Assembly (NCBI GenBank): GCA_964422035.1
Contig: CAYQZQ010000001.1
Coordinates: forward strand, 441,013-505,012
DNA length: 64,000 bases
Direction: 5' to 3'
Source: an uncultured Pseudomonadales bacterium
GTDB taxonomy: Bacteria; Patescibacteriota; Microgenomatia; UBA1400; Chazhemtobacteraceae
Shown: in pieces, positions 9,463 to 18,635 of the stretch
Numbering within the stretch: the stretch's first letter is position 1
Layout of the letters: every line of letters begins with the position of its first letter
Made by a program: the position numbers and the translations under genes
Notes under the pieces: generated by a model
The model's database searches: none
What the model was told of the DNA's origin: nothing
The model's input: the letters and a program-made list of their open reading frames with translations, nothing else

Positions 9463-10308
9463 TTATTTACACATAGTGTCAGCTTGATACGAGCTCCTAA
9501 CCAAAGGTCCAACTGAAATTTGTTTGATGCCTATTTTTTTGGCAATCGCCCTAATTTTTTTAAACTCTTCTGGTTTATAATATTTCTTTACCGAAAAATG
9601 TACTGAGCTTGGCTGTAAATACTGACCTATTGTGACTATATCACAACTGCTTTTTTTCAAATCCGTAAGTGTTTCAATTATTTGCTCATTTGTTTCACCT
9701 AAACCAAGCATGATGCCGGATTTGATTTTTATTCTCGGCTCAAATTCTTTTGTTTTTCTTAGAAGTTCTAGAGACAATCTGTAATCACCTCTAGGTCTTA
9801 CTAGGGTAAAAACATCTTCAACAGCCTCTAAGTTATGGTTAATCACATCAGGTCCGGATTTTATGATCTTTTGAAGCGCTGTCCAATTACCGTTTAGATC
9901 AGAGATTAACACTTCAATTGTACAACTTGGATTTATTTTTTTTATCGCCTTGATTGTTTTTATAAATTGGTCAGCGCCACTGTCTGCCAAATCATCTCTG
10001 GTAACGCAGGTTATCACCACATAATCCAACTTCATCTTTTCAGTAGCAATAGCAATCCTTTTTGGTTCTTGGGCATCAACAGTTTTTGGCCAACCTGTTT
10101 TGATATTACAGTAACGACAATTTCTGGTACAAACGTCACCTAAAATCATAAAAGTAGCTGTGCCGGCAGCAAAACATTCATAACGGTTGGGACAATTTGC
10201 TTCCAGACAAACCGTAGTTAGTTTATATTCATTTATAATATCTAAAGTCTTCAGATATGCTTTTTTATCGCATTGCTTAATTTTAATCCAATTGGGCAAG
10301 TTATCCAT
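9463..10308 (-). CDS. lipA: Lipoyl synthase
   Basis: CLEANCPNRYEC (CX4CX5C), CTRNCRYC (radical SAM), GQYLQPS, RSSY. Confidence 0.95.
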   Translation of the reverse strand: MDNLPNWIKIKQCDKKAYLKTLDIINEYKLTTVCLEANCPNRYECFAAGTATFMILGDVCTRNCRYCNIKTGWPKTVDAQEPKRIAIATEKMKLDYVVITCVTRDDLADSGADQFIKTIKAIKKINPSCTIEVLISDLNGNWTALQKIIKSGPDVINHNLEAVEDVFTLVRPRGDYRLSLELLRKTKEFEPRIKIKSGIMLGLGETNEQIIETLTDLKKSSCDIVTIGQYLQPSSVHFSVKKYYKPEEFKKIRAIAKKIGIKQISVGPLVRSSYQADTMCK

Positions 10309-10309
10309 A

Positions 10310-10585
10310 TTAAGAAAAAACAGTATTTTGCTCTATTAAAGTGATCAAATCTGCATAAGAGATAAGTTTAACACCGGCCTTATTATCAACCCCTCTTAAT
10401 TTTAGGTCTTGATCTATGACTGAAATACTTGCACCCTTTTCTTTAATTGCGCCAATAAGATTATTTTTAGGATTATGACAAACTAAAACGCCATCTTGAA
10501 TTAAAACGGTAATATCCCCCTTTTTAATAAAGCGCAATATTTGCTTGTGCCGACTGAGATCGTTTGATTTGATAATAAATAACAT
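10310..10585 (-). CDS. DsrH/TusB family sulfur-relay subunit
   Basis: LIQDGV...DLKLRG...ISYADLI; third gene of the dsrE-F-H triad. Confidence 0.8.
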   Translation of the reverse strand: MLFIIKSNDLSRHKQILRFIKKGDITVLIQDGVLVCHNPKNNLIGAIKEKGASISVIDQDLKLRGVDNKAGVKLISYADLITLIEQNTVFS

Positions 10586-10591
10586 ATGTGT

Positions 10592-10945
10592 TTAAAAATT
10601 AATTATTACACCCACTCCTCTGACGAGTTTGTTTATCTCTTTGTCAGCTAAAATTTCAACCTGTTGGATTTCCTGTATTTGAATGTTCCTCTCAGTTAAG
10701 CTGTTGGCATCGGCTGCAACTTTCAAACCAAATTCGGTAGCATTGGCAAAACCTTCTTTTAAGCTTCCCGCCCCAATTAGATCAGGATTTTGTTTTTTTA
10801 GCAGGGAAAATACACCATCATCGGAAAAAACTAAGAAAGTATCTAAATCCATTCCGGCAAAAGCAATACCGGCTCTGACAGCCTCAGCCGGGAAAACCGT
10901 GCCAAATGGCGGATTATTAACGATTATTAGTACTTTTTTTGTCAT
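10592..10945 (-). CDS. DsrF/TusC-like sulfur-relay subunit
   Basis: IIVNNPPFGT...EAVR...FSDDGVFSLLKKQNP; no Cys. Confidence 0.8.
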   Translation of the reverse strand: MTKKVLIIVNNPPFGTVFPAEAVRAGIAFAGMDLDTFLVFSDDGVFSLLKKQNPDLIGAGSLKEGFANATEFGLKVAADANSLTERNIQIQEIQQVEILADKEINKLVRGVGVIINF

Positions 10946-10949
10946 ATGT

Positions 10950-11294
10950 TCATAGATTGATAAATTTGTCACACTCCTTGACCATGTCAGCCAAACCAGG
11001 CAAACCTTCTAACTCTCCCTGAGGTAAAAGCTGGTCTTTTTTTATCCCACGGAATTGGATACAAACACCGCAAATCTTGATTTCTGCTCCCAAGTCAGCC
11101 AGTTCTGCCATTCTTTGATATAAATTTCTCTCTTTGGCTGAATTGATATCTTTATTGACGGCAATGACACTATCAACATAAAGAAATATTTTCACTTGGT
11201 GTTTTTTAGCTATCGCGGCTTTACTAAGGTAATAAAGCGTGTCAATGTCTTGATATGTGTATGGTGGCTTGGTGACTAATATGCCTAATTTCAT
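10950..11294 (-). CDS. DsrE/TusD family sulfurtransferase subunit
   Basis: LVTKPPY...IFLYVDSV...CGVCIQFRGI with the active-site Cys. Confidence 0.85.
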   Translation of the reverse strand: MKLGILVTKPPYTYQDIDTLYYLSKAAIAKKHQVKIFLYVDSVIAVNKDINSAKERNLYQRMAELADLGAEIKICGVCIQFRGIKKDQLLPQGELEGLPGLADMVKECDKFINL

Positions 11295-11312
11295 ATTTTA
11301 TTTGTGAATTTA

Positions 11313-12356
11313 TTAATTGTTTTTTATAAACATAAAATAAGCTAATGTCCAACCACCTGAAATGATGAATATACCCGCAAGAATACTGGAGATTGCTAAT
11401 TGAGGCACGCCGCTGAGAATATGTCCTATGTTACAGCCCCCGGCTATTATCGCACCAAAACCCATTAAGGATCCTCCGGCCAGAGATTGTAATCCAACTT
11501 TAGCTTTTGGCAAACGAATTTTAAATTCATTACCCAATTTAGAGCCAATGAATGAACCTGCAACTAGACCAATAACTTGGAATGATTCCCATGTTAAAAA
11601 GTTCTTTCTTTGTAAAATTGATTTAAGAATTGTTTCAAAGCCTGTGGTTATTCCCAAGGGATAATTACGCCCGGATAGGGATGAAAAAATAAATGCCAAT
11701 ATACCAATAAAGCCAATTGCAAGTCCGGTTAGTTTCCACGACCAACCCATGTTAAAAAGTTTTCCAGTCCAGTTTATCTTGTTACCCTGCTTCAGCTTAT
11801 TGTCCTGGATGCTAATTCCGCTATCTTTTTTCTTAAGGCCGCAAAATAACAACACAAAAATTATGCCGGCGAAAATTAAAACAAAAAACTCAGCAGGAAT
11901 TCCTGATATCGAACTGAGCGTTAAAGGACCCTTATTTAAAGTTTGAACTCGGGTGACAAAATCGGATAAAAATCCATCTTTGGCTAGATATGCGGCCATA
12001 ATAAATCCAAACAAAGCTATTAAAGAACTGATCATGCCCTCACCAACGCGGTAAGCTGTTCCGCTGGCACATCCTCCTGTTAAGACCATCCCGGCTCCGA
12101 ACATATAGCTACCTAAAGGTATGGCAAGTAGATAAAGAGGCTTGGGATTAAGCTCCACAATGCCAAGAGTGCTTATAATATAAAAACCAAGTAACTGAAC
12201 TACAATCGCTAGTCCTACTGCTTTAAGTAAAGTGAAATCCTTGAATAGGAGTGGATCACGAAAAGCCGAGTTCATGCAAAATCTCCCCCTTTGCAATGCA
12301 AGGCCGAAAAGAAGCCCCACTAATAATCCGCTAATTATGGAGAAGACACTAAGCAT
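11313..12356 (-). CDS. YeeE/YedE family sulfur (thiosulfate) transporter
   Basis: Three conserved Cys loops: RGRFCM, GGCASG, GGCNIG; polytopic membrane protein. Confidence 0.9.
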   Translation of the reverse strand: MLSVFSIISGLLVGLLFGLALQRGRFCMNSAFRDPLLFKDFTLLKAVGLAIVVQLLGFYIISTLGIVELNPKPLYLLAIPLGSYMFGAGMVLTGGCASGTAYRVGEGMISSLIALFGFIMAAYLAKDGFLSDFVTRVQTLNKGPLTLSSISGIPAEFFVLIFAGIIFVLLFCGLKKKDSGISIQDNKLKQGNKINWTGKLFNMGWSWKLTGLAIGFIGILAFIFSSLSGRNYPLGITTGFETILKSILQRKNFLTWESFQVIGLVAGSFIGSKLGNEFKIRLPKAKVGLQSLAGGSLMGFGAIIAGGCNIGHILSGVPQLAISSILAGIFIISGGWTLAYFMFIKNN

Positions 12357-12377
12357 ATTTAGATTATTTGATTAGAT

Positions 12378-12953
12378 TTATAGTTTTGATGCCGGATTAA
12401 GGCAGTTGTTCTCCACGCAATAAATGATTTTACTTTCCATGTCGTCGGCCATGGATTCGGCAAAACCGACAATTGGTTCATAATTACCGATGAAAGTAGT
12501 GGGAACTCCTCTGGCTTGAATGCCATAAGCTTGAGCCACCTGCTGAAACAGTTCTAAGTTTTCTTTGTTTTTCCATGTCTCATACATCTTTACCTCTAAC
12601 TCAGGATACTTCTGTTCCATTTCCTCTAAAAAAGGCTTTTCAACTGCACAATGAGGGCAGCCATCTCCCCAAAAAAAGTAGATTACTACAGACTTTTCTG
12701 ACACTTCTTCGCTGTCTTCTATATTTGTATTGCCTTCTTCGTTTTCAACCACTGCTTCCCCTTTTACCGATTGCTTTTCTTCCTCTATTTGAGTGGTAGT
12801 ATTTTCTTCTTCCTGATTTTCAGTGACTGTGTTTTCGAGCGAAGAAATTTCATTGTTAGTGTTTTTATTACTACCGATTGTTTGAGTAAAAAGAAATAGC
12901 CCTAAGCCCAGTGTTAGTACTATTGTCAATATTGATATTTGTTTTTTATTCAT
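12378..12953 (-). CDS. Membrane-anchored extracytoplasmic thioredoxin/glutaredoxin
   Basis: TM anchor, acidic linker, GCPHC and GVPT. Confidence 0.85.
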   Translation of the reverse strand: MNKKQISILTIVLTLGLGLFLFTQTIGSNKNTNNEISSLENTVTENQEEENTTTQIEEEKQSVKGEAVVENEEGNTNIEDSEEVSEKSVVIYFFWGDGCPHCAVEKPFLEEMEQKYPELEVKMYETWKNKENLELFQQVAQAYGIQARGVPTTFIGNYEPIVGFAESMADDMESKIIYCVENNCLNPASKL

Positions 12954-13021
12954 AATTTTACTTTTATTTAGTTTAATTTAATAATAAATGCAGTTGGATG
13001 CGTTGATAGTTAATATTCTAA

Positions 13022-13276
13022 CTACTTAACTTGAATTAGAAGCCGGTGGTCAGGACCGGACTCTATTTTCTCTACTTTAAGCATTTTATGTCCTTCTTTT
13101 TCACAGTTACGCGGGATTCTCTCTAAAGATAAAGGATAATCAGTTAAAACCTCCAATATCTCTCCTGAGCTCATTTTTTTAATTTTTTTTCTTGTTCTTA
13201 TGTCCGGATAAGGACAAATCTCACCTCTGACATCAATGCTCTCTGTTGCCCGAATCTTTTTGTTTTCTTCTGTCAT
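13022..13276 (-). CDS. tusA: TusA/YeeD family sulfur carrier
   Basis: DVRGEICPYP (CPxP), GEILEVLTD. Confidence 0.9.
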   Translation of the reverse strand: MTEENKKIRATESIDVRGEICPYPDIRTRKKIKKMSSGEILEVLTDYPLSLERIPRNCEKEGHKMLKVEKIESGPDHRLLIQVK

Positions 13277-13330
13277 ATAAACTTTCTTTTAGAATTATTT
13301 TGGAAATGTAAAGGTTAATTATGTATCCAT

Positions 13331-13385
13331 ATTATAATCAATCAATGTTGTGAGACTATTTTGCCAATGTTAAGGGAGTGTTAAG
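13331..13385 (-). promoter_or_regulatory. Promoter with tandem TTAAG-N6-TTAAG repeat, copy 2
   Basis: -10 TATAAT at 13331-13336; 38/45 nt identity with 5921-5965. Confidence 0.7.
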
Positions 13386-13431
13386 TTGAGGACAAGTTAA
13401 GCTGAAATCATGTCAAGCGCTGGTTTATTTT

Positions 13432-14529
13432 TCATTTCAAAGGCAGCCTAACTTTAAAAGTAGTGCCTTTTCCCAACTCACTTTTGACTTGAATTTCTCC
13501 TTTGTGAGCTTTAATAATTTTTTGAACAATGGTTAAACCAATTCCAATTCCCTCATGGCTGCGCGATTTATCGACTTGAAAAAATCTTTCAAAGATTAGA
13601 GGCAGATCTTCTTGTTTAATGCCCATCCCTTCATCGATAACTTTAAAGCACAACTCTTGCTGATCGGATTGATAGGTTTTGAGAGTGATGGTGCTGCCTG
13701 CAGATGAGTACTTAATAGCATTATCTAAAAGATTAGAGATCACCTGCTGTATCTTTTGCTCATCTAATTTAATCTTTGGCAAGTTGGCTTCCAGTTCGAG
13801 CTTTAACTCAATATTTTTATTTTCTAGTTTTTTTTGAAATGATTGGGCTGCTGTCTTGATTAAATCATTAATGTTTGCGTAAGTTTGATTAAGTTTTGGA
13901 TCCTCACTTTCCAGAATAGCTAATTTTTTCAAGTCTTTAATTAGCTGAACAACTCGCTTAGTTTCTTCTTTAATTAATTTAATGGTTTCTCGTTGTTTAT
14001 CTGGCTCACTGATCACGCCGTCTGAGAGTGCTTCTAGATAGCCATATATGTTAGTCAGAGGGGTTGAAAGCTCGTGAGACATGTTGGCAACTAGTTCTTT
14101 ACGCAGAGTTTCAGTTTTTTCTAAGCTTTGATACATCTCATTGAGTGCTTTAATCAACTCGTCTGTTTCATCGTAAGTTTTGGTCTTGATTCGCACTTGA
14201 TAGTTGCCGGTACTAGCCCGTTTGGCTGAAGCGATAATTTTTTGAAAAGGTTTTAAGAAATTGTGGCTAAAAAGATAACCTAACAACAAGGCAATTAATA
14301 AACCAAAAAGGCTAGCAATTAAAAGAGATTGATTAATTGATTGGAGAAACCGCTGCCCGTTTTGGCTGCGCATACACTCAGGTAAGCCGTTTGTTGAAAG
14401 TTCGCAAAACTGCTGAAAGTGTTGGTTAACAGCAAACTTAGTGACTAAAGTCACAAAACCTACCGTAATCACTAAATTGATTACAAAAAGCAAAATAAGC
14501 TTCCATTTTAATCCTAATTTTATTTTCAT
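13432..14529 (-). CDS. Sensor histidine kinase (HAMP-HisKA-HATPase)
   Basis: SHELSTPL, NLLDNAIKY, DEGMGI, GIGIGL; short periplasmic loop with two Cys (FCE...PECM). Confidence 0.95.
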   Translation of the reverse strand: MKIKLGLKWKLILLFVINLVITVGFVTLVTKFAVNQHFQQFCELSTNGLPECMRSQNGQRFLQSINQSLLIASLFGLLIALLLGYLFSHNFLKPFQKIIASAKRASTGNYQVRIKTKTYDETDELIKALNEMYQSLEKTETLRKELVANMSHELSTPLTNIYGYLEALSDGVISEPDKQRETIKLIKEETKRVVQLIKDLKKLAILESEDPKLNQTYANINDLIKTAAQSFQKKLENKNIELKLELEANLPKIKLDEQKIQQVISNLLDNAIKYSSAGSTITLKTYQSDQQELCFKVIDEGMGIKQEDLPLIFERFFQVDKSRSHEGIGIGLTIVQKIIKAHKGEIQVKSELGKGTTFKVRLPLK

Positions 14530-14542
14530 AAGAACAGATGAG

Positions 14543-15220
14543 TTAGTCGACCAATTTATAACCAACCCCTTTGATTGTAGCAATTAACTCTTGGCTGTGA
14601 TCTTTTAACTTTTTTCTTAAATTTGAAATATGAACATCAATGGTGCGATCATAAACTTCTGCAGCTTCATTGGCATAGACTATATCTAAGAGTTCAGTTC
14701 GTGAATACACTACTCCCGGACGCTTGATCAAGGCTAGTAGCAGATCAAATTCTCTGAGAGTGAGATTAATTTCCTGCCCATCTTGCTTAACTTCAAAGCG
14801 CTGGGGATCAACTTTAAGACTTTTTACTTGGTAAATTTGTGAGTCAATGTCACTTTCTTGGAAACGCCTTAGGACTGTTTTAACTCTAGCCACTAGCTCT
14901 TGGGGGCTAAAGGGTTTAGTCACATAATCATCAGCTCCTAACTCCAAGCCAATGATTTTGTCTGTTTCTTCATCTTTTGAAGATAAGATGATGATAGGAG
15001 TTTTATTGTTTTGACGGATTTTTTTTAAAACAGAGATGCCGTCCTTTTCAGGTATCATTAAATCCAAAATAACAAGGTCTGGCTTTTTGTTTTGAAAAAT
15101 TTCCAACCCACGCAATCCGTCCTGAGCTGTAAAAATTGTAAAGTTTTCTTTTTCAAGATAAAGCTCCAATAGACGAATAATTTTAGACTCATCTTCGATA
15201 ATAAGAATACGTTTATTCAC
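14543..15220 (-). CDS. OmpR family response regulator
   Basis: IEDE, LDLMIP, GADDYVTKPF, RTIDVHISNLRKK, GVGYK. Confidence 0.95.
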   Translation of the reverse strand: MNKRILIIEDESKIIRLLELYLEKENFTIFTAQDGLRGLEIFQNKKPDLVILDLMIPEKDGISVLKKIRQNNKTPIIILSSKDEETDKIIGLELGADDYVTKPFSPQELVARVKTVLRRFQESDIDSQIYQVKSLKVDPQRFEVKQDGQEINLTLREFDLLLALIKRPGVVYSRTELLDIVYANEAAEVYDRTIDVHISNLRKKLKDHSQELIATIKGVGYKLVD

Positions 15221-15417
15221 GGTTAATATATTTTACAAATTTAGAATGAATTTAATTAAAAATTACAAATAGAAAAATTTAAAAAGAATAAAAGCGACCA
15301 CTACAGTTAATAAGACAATTGAAGATAAATATTTTTTTACTCATTGTTTTGTTATGCTCGCCTTATTTAATAGTTATTGACTAATGTTTTCTAAATATAA
15401 ATTTTCGTAAATTAGAC

Positions 15418-16581
15418 TTATACTACTCCGTAAATTAAACCGGCTAAAGTAGTTAAAACTATAATGGTTAAGGCGTAAACTAAAGTTTTCTTAGTACCAA
15501 TTAGTTTACGAATAATCAACAGCCCTTGTAATGATAACACCGGATCAGACAATAAATAAGCCATCAGCGGCCCCTTGTTCATACCAAGCTTCATAAAGTT
15601 TTCAGCAATAGGCACTTCAACCAAAGCTGGGAAATAAGCAATAGCACCAAATAAGACGGCTACAAAATTGGTCAGCAAATTGTTGTTGCTAGTTAAATTT
15701 CTAAATTGTGCTTCTGGGATGAGGAATGTGATAACGCTAGCAGCAAAAACACCTATCAAAAGGGTGGGTACAATCTCATTAATAAACTTGACTGTTTCGT
15801 CCCACCACAATTTACGTTGATCTTTTTTAATCCACAAAAGGCTAAAGATAAAAACCATAATAACTAAAAAGATTATTGAAATATACTTAAATTGGTTACC
15901 AATTGGGGCGGTGCCTATAATTAAAATGGTAAATAAAATTATCCAAAAGATTTTACTTTGCTTGCTGTTTTTAAAGGCTTTAGTCTTCTCGATTAAAGTT
16001 AATTTCCCTGTTTCCCCCACTGCTTCATGCTTAAAAACTAGTTCCATCACTAAACCAACCACAATAGCAAAAACTACCGATAGAATAAATCGAATAATCC
16101 CAAAATTCCACCCCAGACGCTGACCGGTTAATAAGAGCGAAACAATGTTAACAGCCGGTCCAGCATAAAGAAAAGTAGCAGCAATACCAAGACCCGCGCC
16201 CTTTTTCCAGATACCAGCAAATAAAGGCAAAATGGTGCAAGAGCAAACTTGAATAAAAAACCCACCCAATGAGGCAATAAGGTAAGCCAACCATTTTTTA
16301 GTCTTACCACTTAAATATTTTAAAACTTGATGTGAATCCAGCAAACTGTTGAGTGCTCCAGCAATAAAAAAAGCGGGAATTAGACACAGCAAAACATGGG
16401 CTGATAAATAATCAACTAAGCCCAACCAGCCTTCATAAACGGCTGAACCAATTAAAACTTGAATGTTTTCTGCACTTAAAAAGTTGGTAATTGGAACCTG
16501 CCACAAGAAAATTATCAGGTAAGTTAAAAACAAACCGATTAAAACTATGTTTTTTTTAATAAGATCCACAATTTTCGACAT
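15418..16581 (-). CDS. ArsP/DUF318 family permease
   Basis: HVLLCLIPAFFIAG, VCSCTILPLF, FLYAGPAVN. Confidence 0.85.
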   Translation of the reverse strand: MSKIVDLIKKNIVLIGLFLTYLIIFLWQVPITNFLSAENIQVLIGSAVYEGWLGLVDYLSAHVLLCLIPAFFIAGALNSLLDSHQVLKYLSGKTKKWLAYLIASLGGFFIQVCSCTILPLFAGIWKKGAGLGIAATFLYAGPAVNIVSLLLTGQRLGWNFGIIRFILSVVFAIVVGLVMELVFKHEAVGETGKLTLIEKTKAFKNSKQSKIFWIILFTILIIGTAPIGNQFKYISIIFLVIMVFIFSLLWIKKDQRKLWWDETVKFINEIVPTLLIGVFAASVITFLIPEAQFRNLTSNNNLLTNFVAVLFGAIAYFPALVEVPIAENFMKLGMNKGPLMAYLLSDPVLSLQGLLIIRKLIGTKKTLVYALTIIVLTTLAGLIYGVV

Positions 16582-16593
16582 ATTATTCTTTTC

Positions 16594-16854
16594 TTATCCC
16601 TCTTTAATTTTAGAAATGATTTCTTCCTTACTAGGCATACCAGTAGCCGCAACTTCATCATTAATCACCAAAACCGGGCTACTCATCACTCCCATTTCCA
16701 TAATTTTCTGAATTCCTTGTGTACCTGACAAATACTCAATTTCAATATCGTCAGAATTAACCCCAGAAATTGTTCCTTCGCTTACAATTTTTTTAACTAA
16801 ATTGTGTAACTCTTGACAGGTGTGGCAGCCCGAACCTAAAATTTGAACCTTCAT
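16594..16854 (-). CDS. Small thioredoxin-family redox disulfide protein
   Basis: MKVQILGSGCHTC...GVMSSPVLVIN. Confidence 0.85.
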   Translation of the reverse strand: MKVQILGSGCHTCQELHNLVKKIVSEGTISGVNSDDIEIEYLSGTQGIQKIMEMGVMSSPVLVINDEVAATGMPSKEEIISKIKEG

Positions 16855-16880
16855 AATATTTTTCTAATTTGTAATAGTAA

Positions 16881-17195
16881 CTAGTTGACTAGAGCTAAAA
16901 TGTGACTTGTAACTTTCTGTCCTTTTTTAGTTAATGAGTAGTAAGCTCGTCGACCCTCTTTTCGTTTGTTCACTAATTTAGCTTTTTTTAAATCGGCTAA
17001 GTGATGAGAAATCAAACTTTGCGACATAGCAAAATTTTTTGGAACCTCACAAATGCAATGCTCGCCACTATTAAGCAAACATAATAATTTTAAGCGATTT
17101 TTTTCACCAATTAATTTGAGAAAATTTGATAGCGAGGTAAGTTTTTCAAAATCTTCTGAATTTATCTTACAACATTTATATGAACTCATATTCAT
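16881..17195 (-). CDS. ArsR/SmtB family regulator
   Basis: N-terminal CC, NRLKLL, EHCICE, SQSLISHHLADLK, RKEGR..YYSL. Confidence 0.9.
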   Translation of the reverse strand: MNMSSYKCCKINSEDFEKLTSLSNFLKLIGEKNRLKLLCLLNSGEHCICEVPKNFAMSQSLISHHLADLKKAKLVNKRKEGRRAYYSLTKKGQKVTSHILALVN

Positions 17196-17349
17196 ATATA
17201 TTATTAGGCGTAAAAGGAAAAGTCAATGGGAGGTTCTTCTGTAAAATTGGATCTAGTAAATTTTTATTATAATTTGATTTTTTTATTGTGAGCCATGTGG
17301 GTTTGGAACTTAGCTGTCCTTATAAATAACCTCTGTTAGATCTGATTTG

Positions 17350-18396
17350 TTAACCAACTTCAATTACACTAATCACAGTTCCAACTATGAGTACTGTACT
17401 AGCTCTGGTCAAAGTTGTGACTCGAGGACCAGTCTTAACAAAGCCTTCAATGATTCTTAAGATTAAAGTGTGCGAAAGATAGATAATATAAGAGTATTGA
17501 CCAACTTTAGATAATATTTTTGATAAAAAAAGTTTTTTGCTAAATAGAGACTTTCCATAAATAATGATGATGCTGGTAAAGCTAATCGAATACAAAAAGA
17601 CAGGGATTCTAATAAAACTAGTGGCAAAGACTATATCACCAGTTCGGGCTAATAGCAGATGGCTATCGTAGATTGACCAAAATAAACTTGCAATGCAGGC
17701 TGCGATTAAAATGAGACTTGCTTTAGGATTTGTTTTCAGTGGTTTGAGATTGGTTTGAGCGAGAAAAACTCCGAAGAAGAAGTAAAAGATCCAGTTAATT
17801 ATTAAACGATATTGAATTTGATCGCTGATTAGATATCGACCAATTGGAATTTGTTTAACAATAAGATAGCGTAACAATAAAAACCAACCAAATTGGATAA
17901 TAGCACTGAGGCCAATCAAACGTTTTAGAAGCGGGCTACTCGCAGTTTTCGACCCAAATATGGAGAATAGAAAATAAAATTGAAAAATTAAAAAAATAAA
18001 ATAAAAATGATAGTCGGCTTGGCCGAGAATTAAACTTTGGATAAACCCAGCTTCAATACCTGATGACCAGGTTCTGCTTAAATTTAATAGGACAAATAAT
18101 AGCAAGGACCACAAGAAATAAAGCGGTAATATTTTTTTTGCTCTTGCTAGGATAAACTTTTTCTTAGCTAAAGTTTTATGTTGATACTTTTTGGCTAGTC
18201 CAAAGCCGGATAAGGATAAGAAGAGTGGAACGCTGAATCGTAGGGATTGATTGAGAGAAATAGATAAATGCTTATAAGGAAAATTAAAGTAAATTGAATC
18301 GTCGAAAAGAGAAAGGGTGTGTAGTATAACTACGGCTATGATAGCCAGAGCTTTGGCAATGAACACTATTTGTTTTTCAGGCAACCATCTTTTCAT
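17350..18396 (-). CDS. Acyltransferase family 3 (membrane O-acyltransferase)
   Basis: KALAIIAVVILH, FSVPLFLSLSGF, YHFYFI, SYIIYLSH. Confidence 0.85.
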   Translation of the reverse strand: MKRWLPEKQIVFIAKALAIIAVVILHTLSLFDDSIYFNFPYKHLSISLNQSLRFSVPLFLSLSGFGLAKKYQHKTLAKKKFILARAKKILPLYFLWSLLLFVLLNLSRTWSSGIEAGFIQSLILGQADYHFYFIFLIFQFYFLFSIFGSKTASSPLLKRLIGLSAIIQFGWFLLLRYLIVKQIPIGRYLISDQIQYRLIINWIFYFFFGVFLAQTNLKPLKTNPKASLILIAACIASLFWSIYDSHLLLARTGDIVFATSFIRIPVFLYSISFTSIIIIYGKSLFSKKLFLSKILSKVGQYSYIIYLSHTLILRIIEGFVKTGPRVTTLTRASTVLIVGTVISVIEVG

Positions 18397-18600
18397 TAAT
18401 TATAAGGATATCAAATTTTATTTTTATTATAAATATATAAATTATGGTTAGATTGTGACCCACGGGGAATTCATTGCTCGCATTACTCAGTAATGCTCCC
18501 AGTACTTCTCAGGTTCACATGCATTGATAAGTTCTGAATGTATGTTCACTTGAAGGTCGGAACAAGGGTCTTCCTCCAACCATGAGGTGATAATAATAAG

Positions 18601-18627
18601 AAAAGCCAGCTCTTTGAGCTGGCTTTT
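18601..18627. terminator. Intrinsic terminator downstream of tRNA-Glu
   Basis: AAAAGCCAGCTC-TTT-GAGCTGGCTTTT perfect hairpin with A/T tails. Confidence 0.85.
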
Positions 18628-18635
18628 AATTATTG

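Noticed and set aside
10310-11294. Dissimilatory sulfur oxidation (rDsr) or standard tRNA 2-thiolation locus
   Set aside because: No dsrAB, dsrC/tusE or mnmA in the window. This cannot be excluded genome-wide, but the local context is lipoate.
15240-15417. AT-rich gap with a possible eroded signal-peptide gene
   Set aside because: Only a frameshifted hydrophobic stub of about 25 codons; not supportable.
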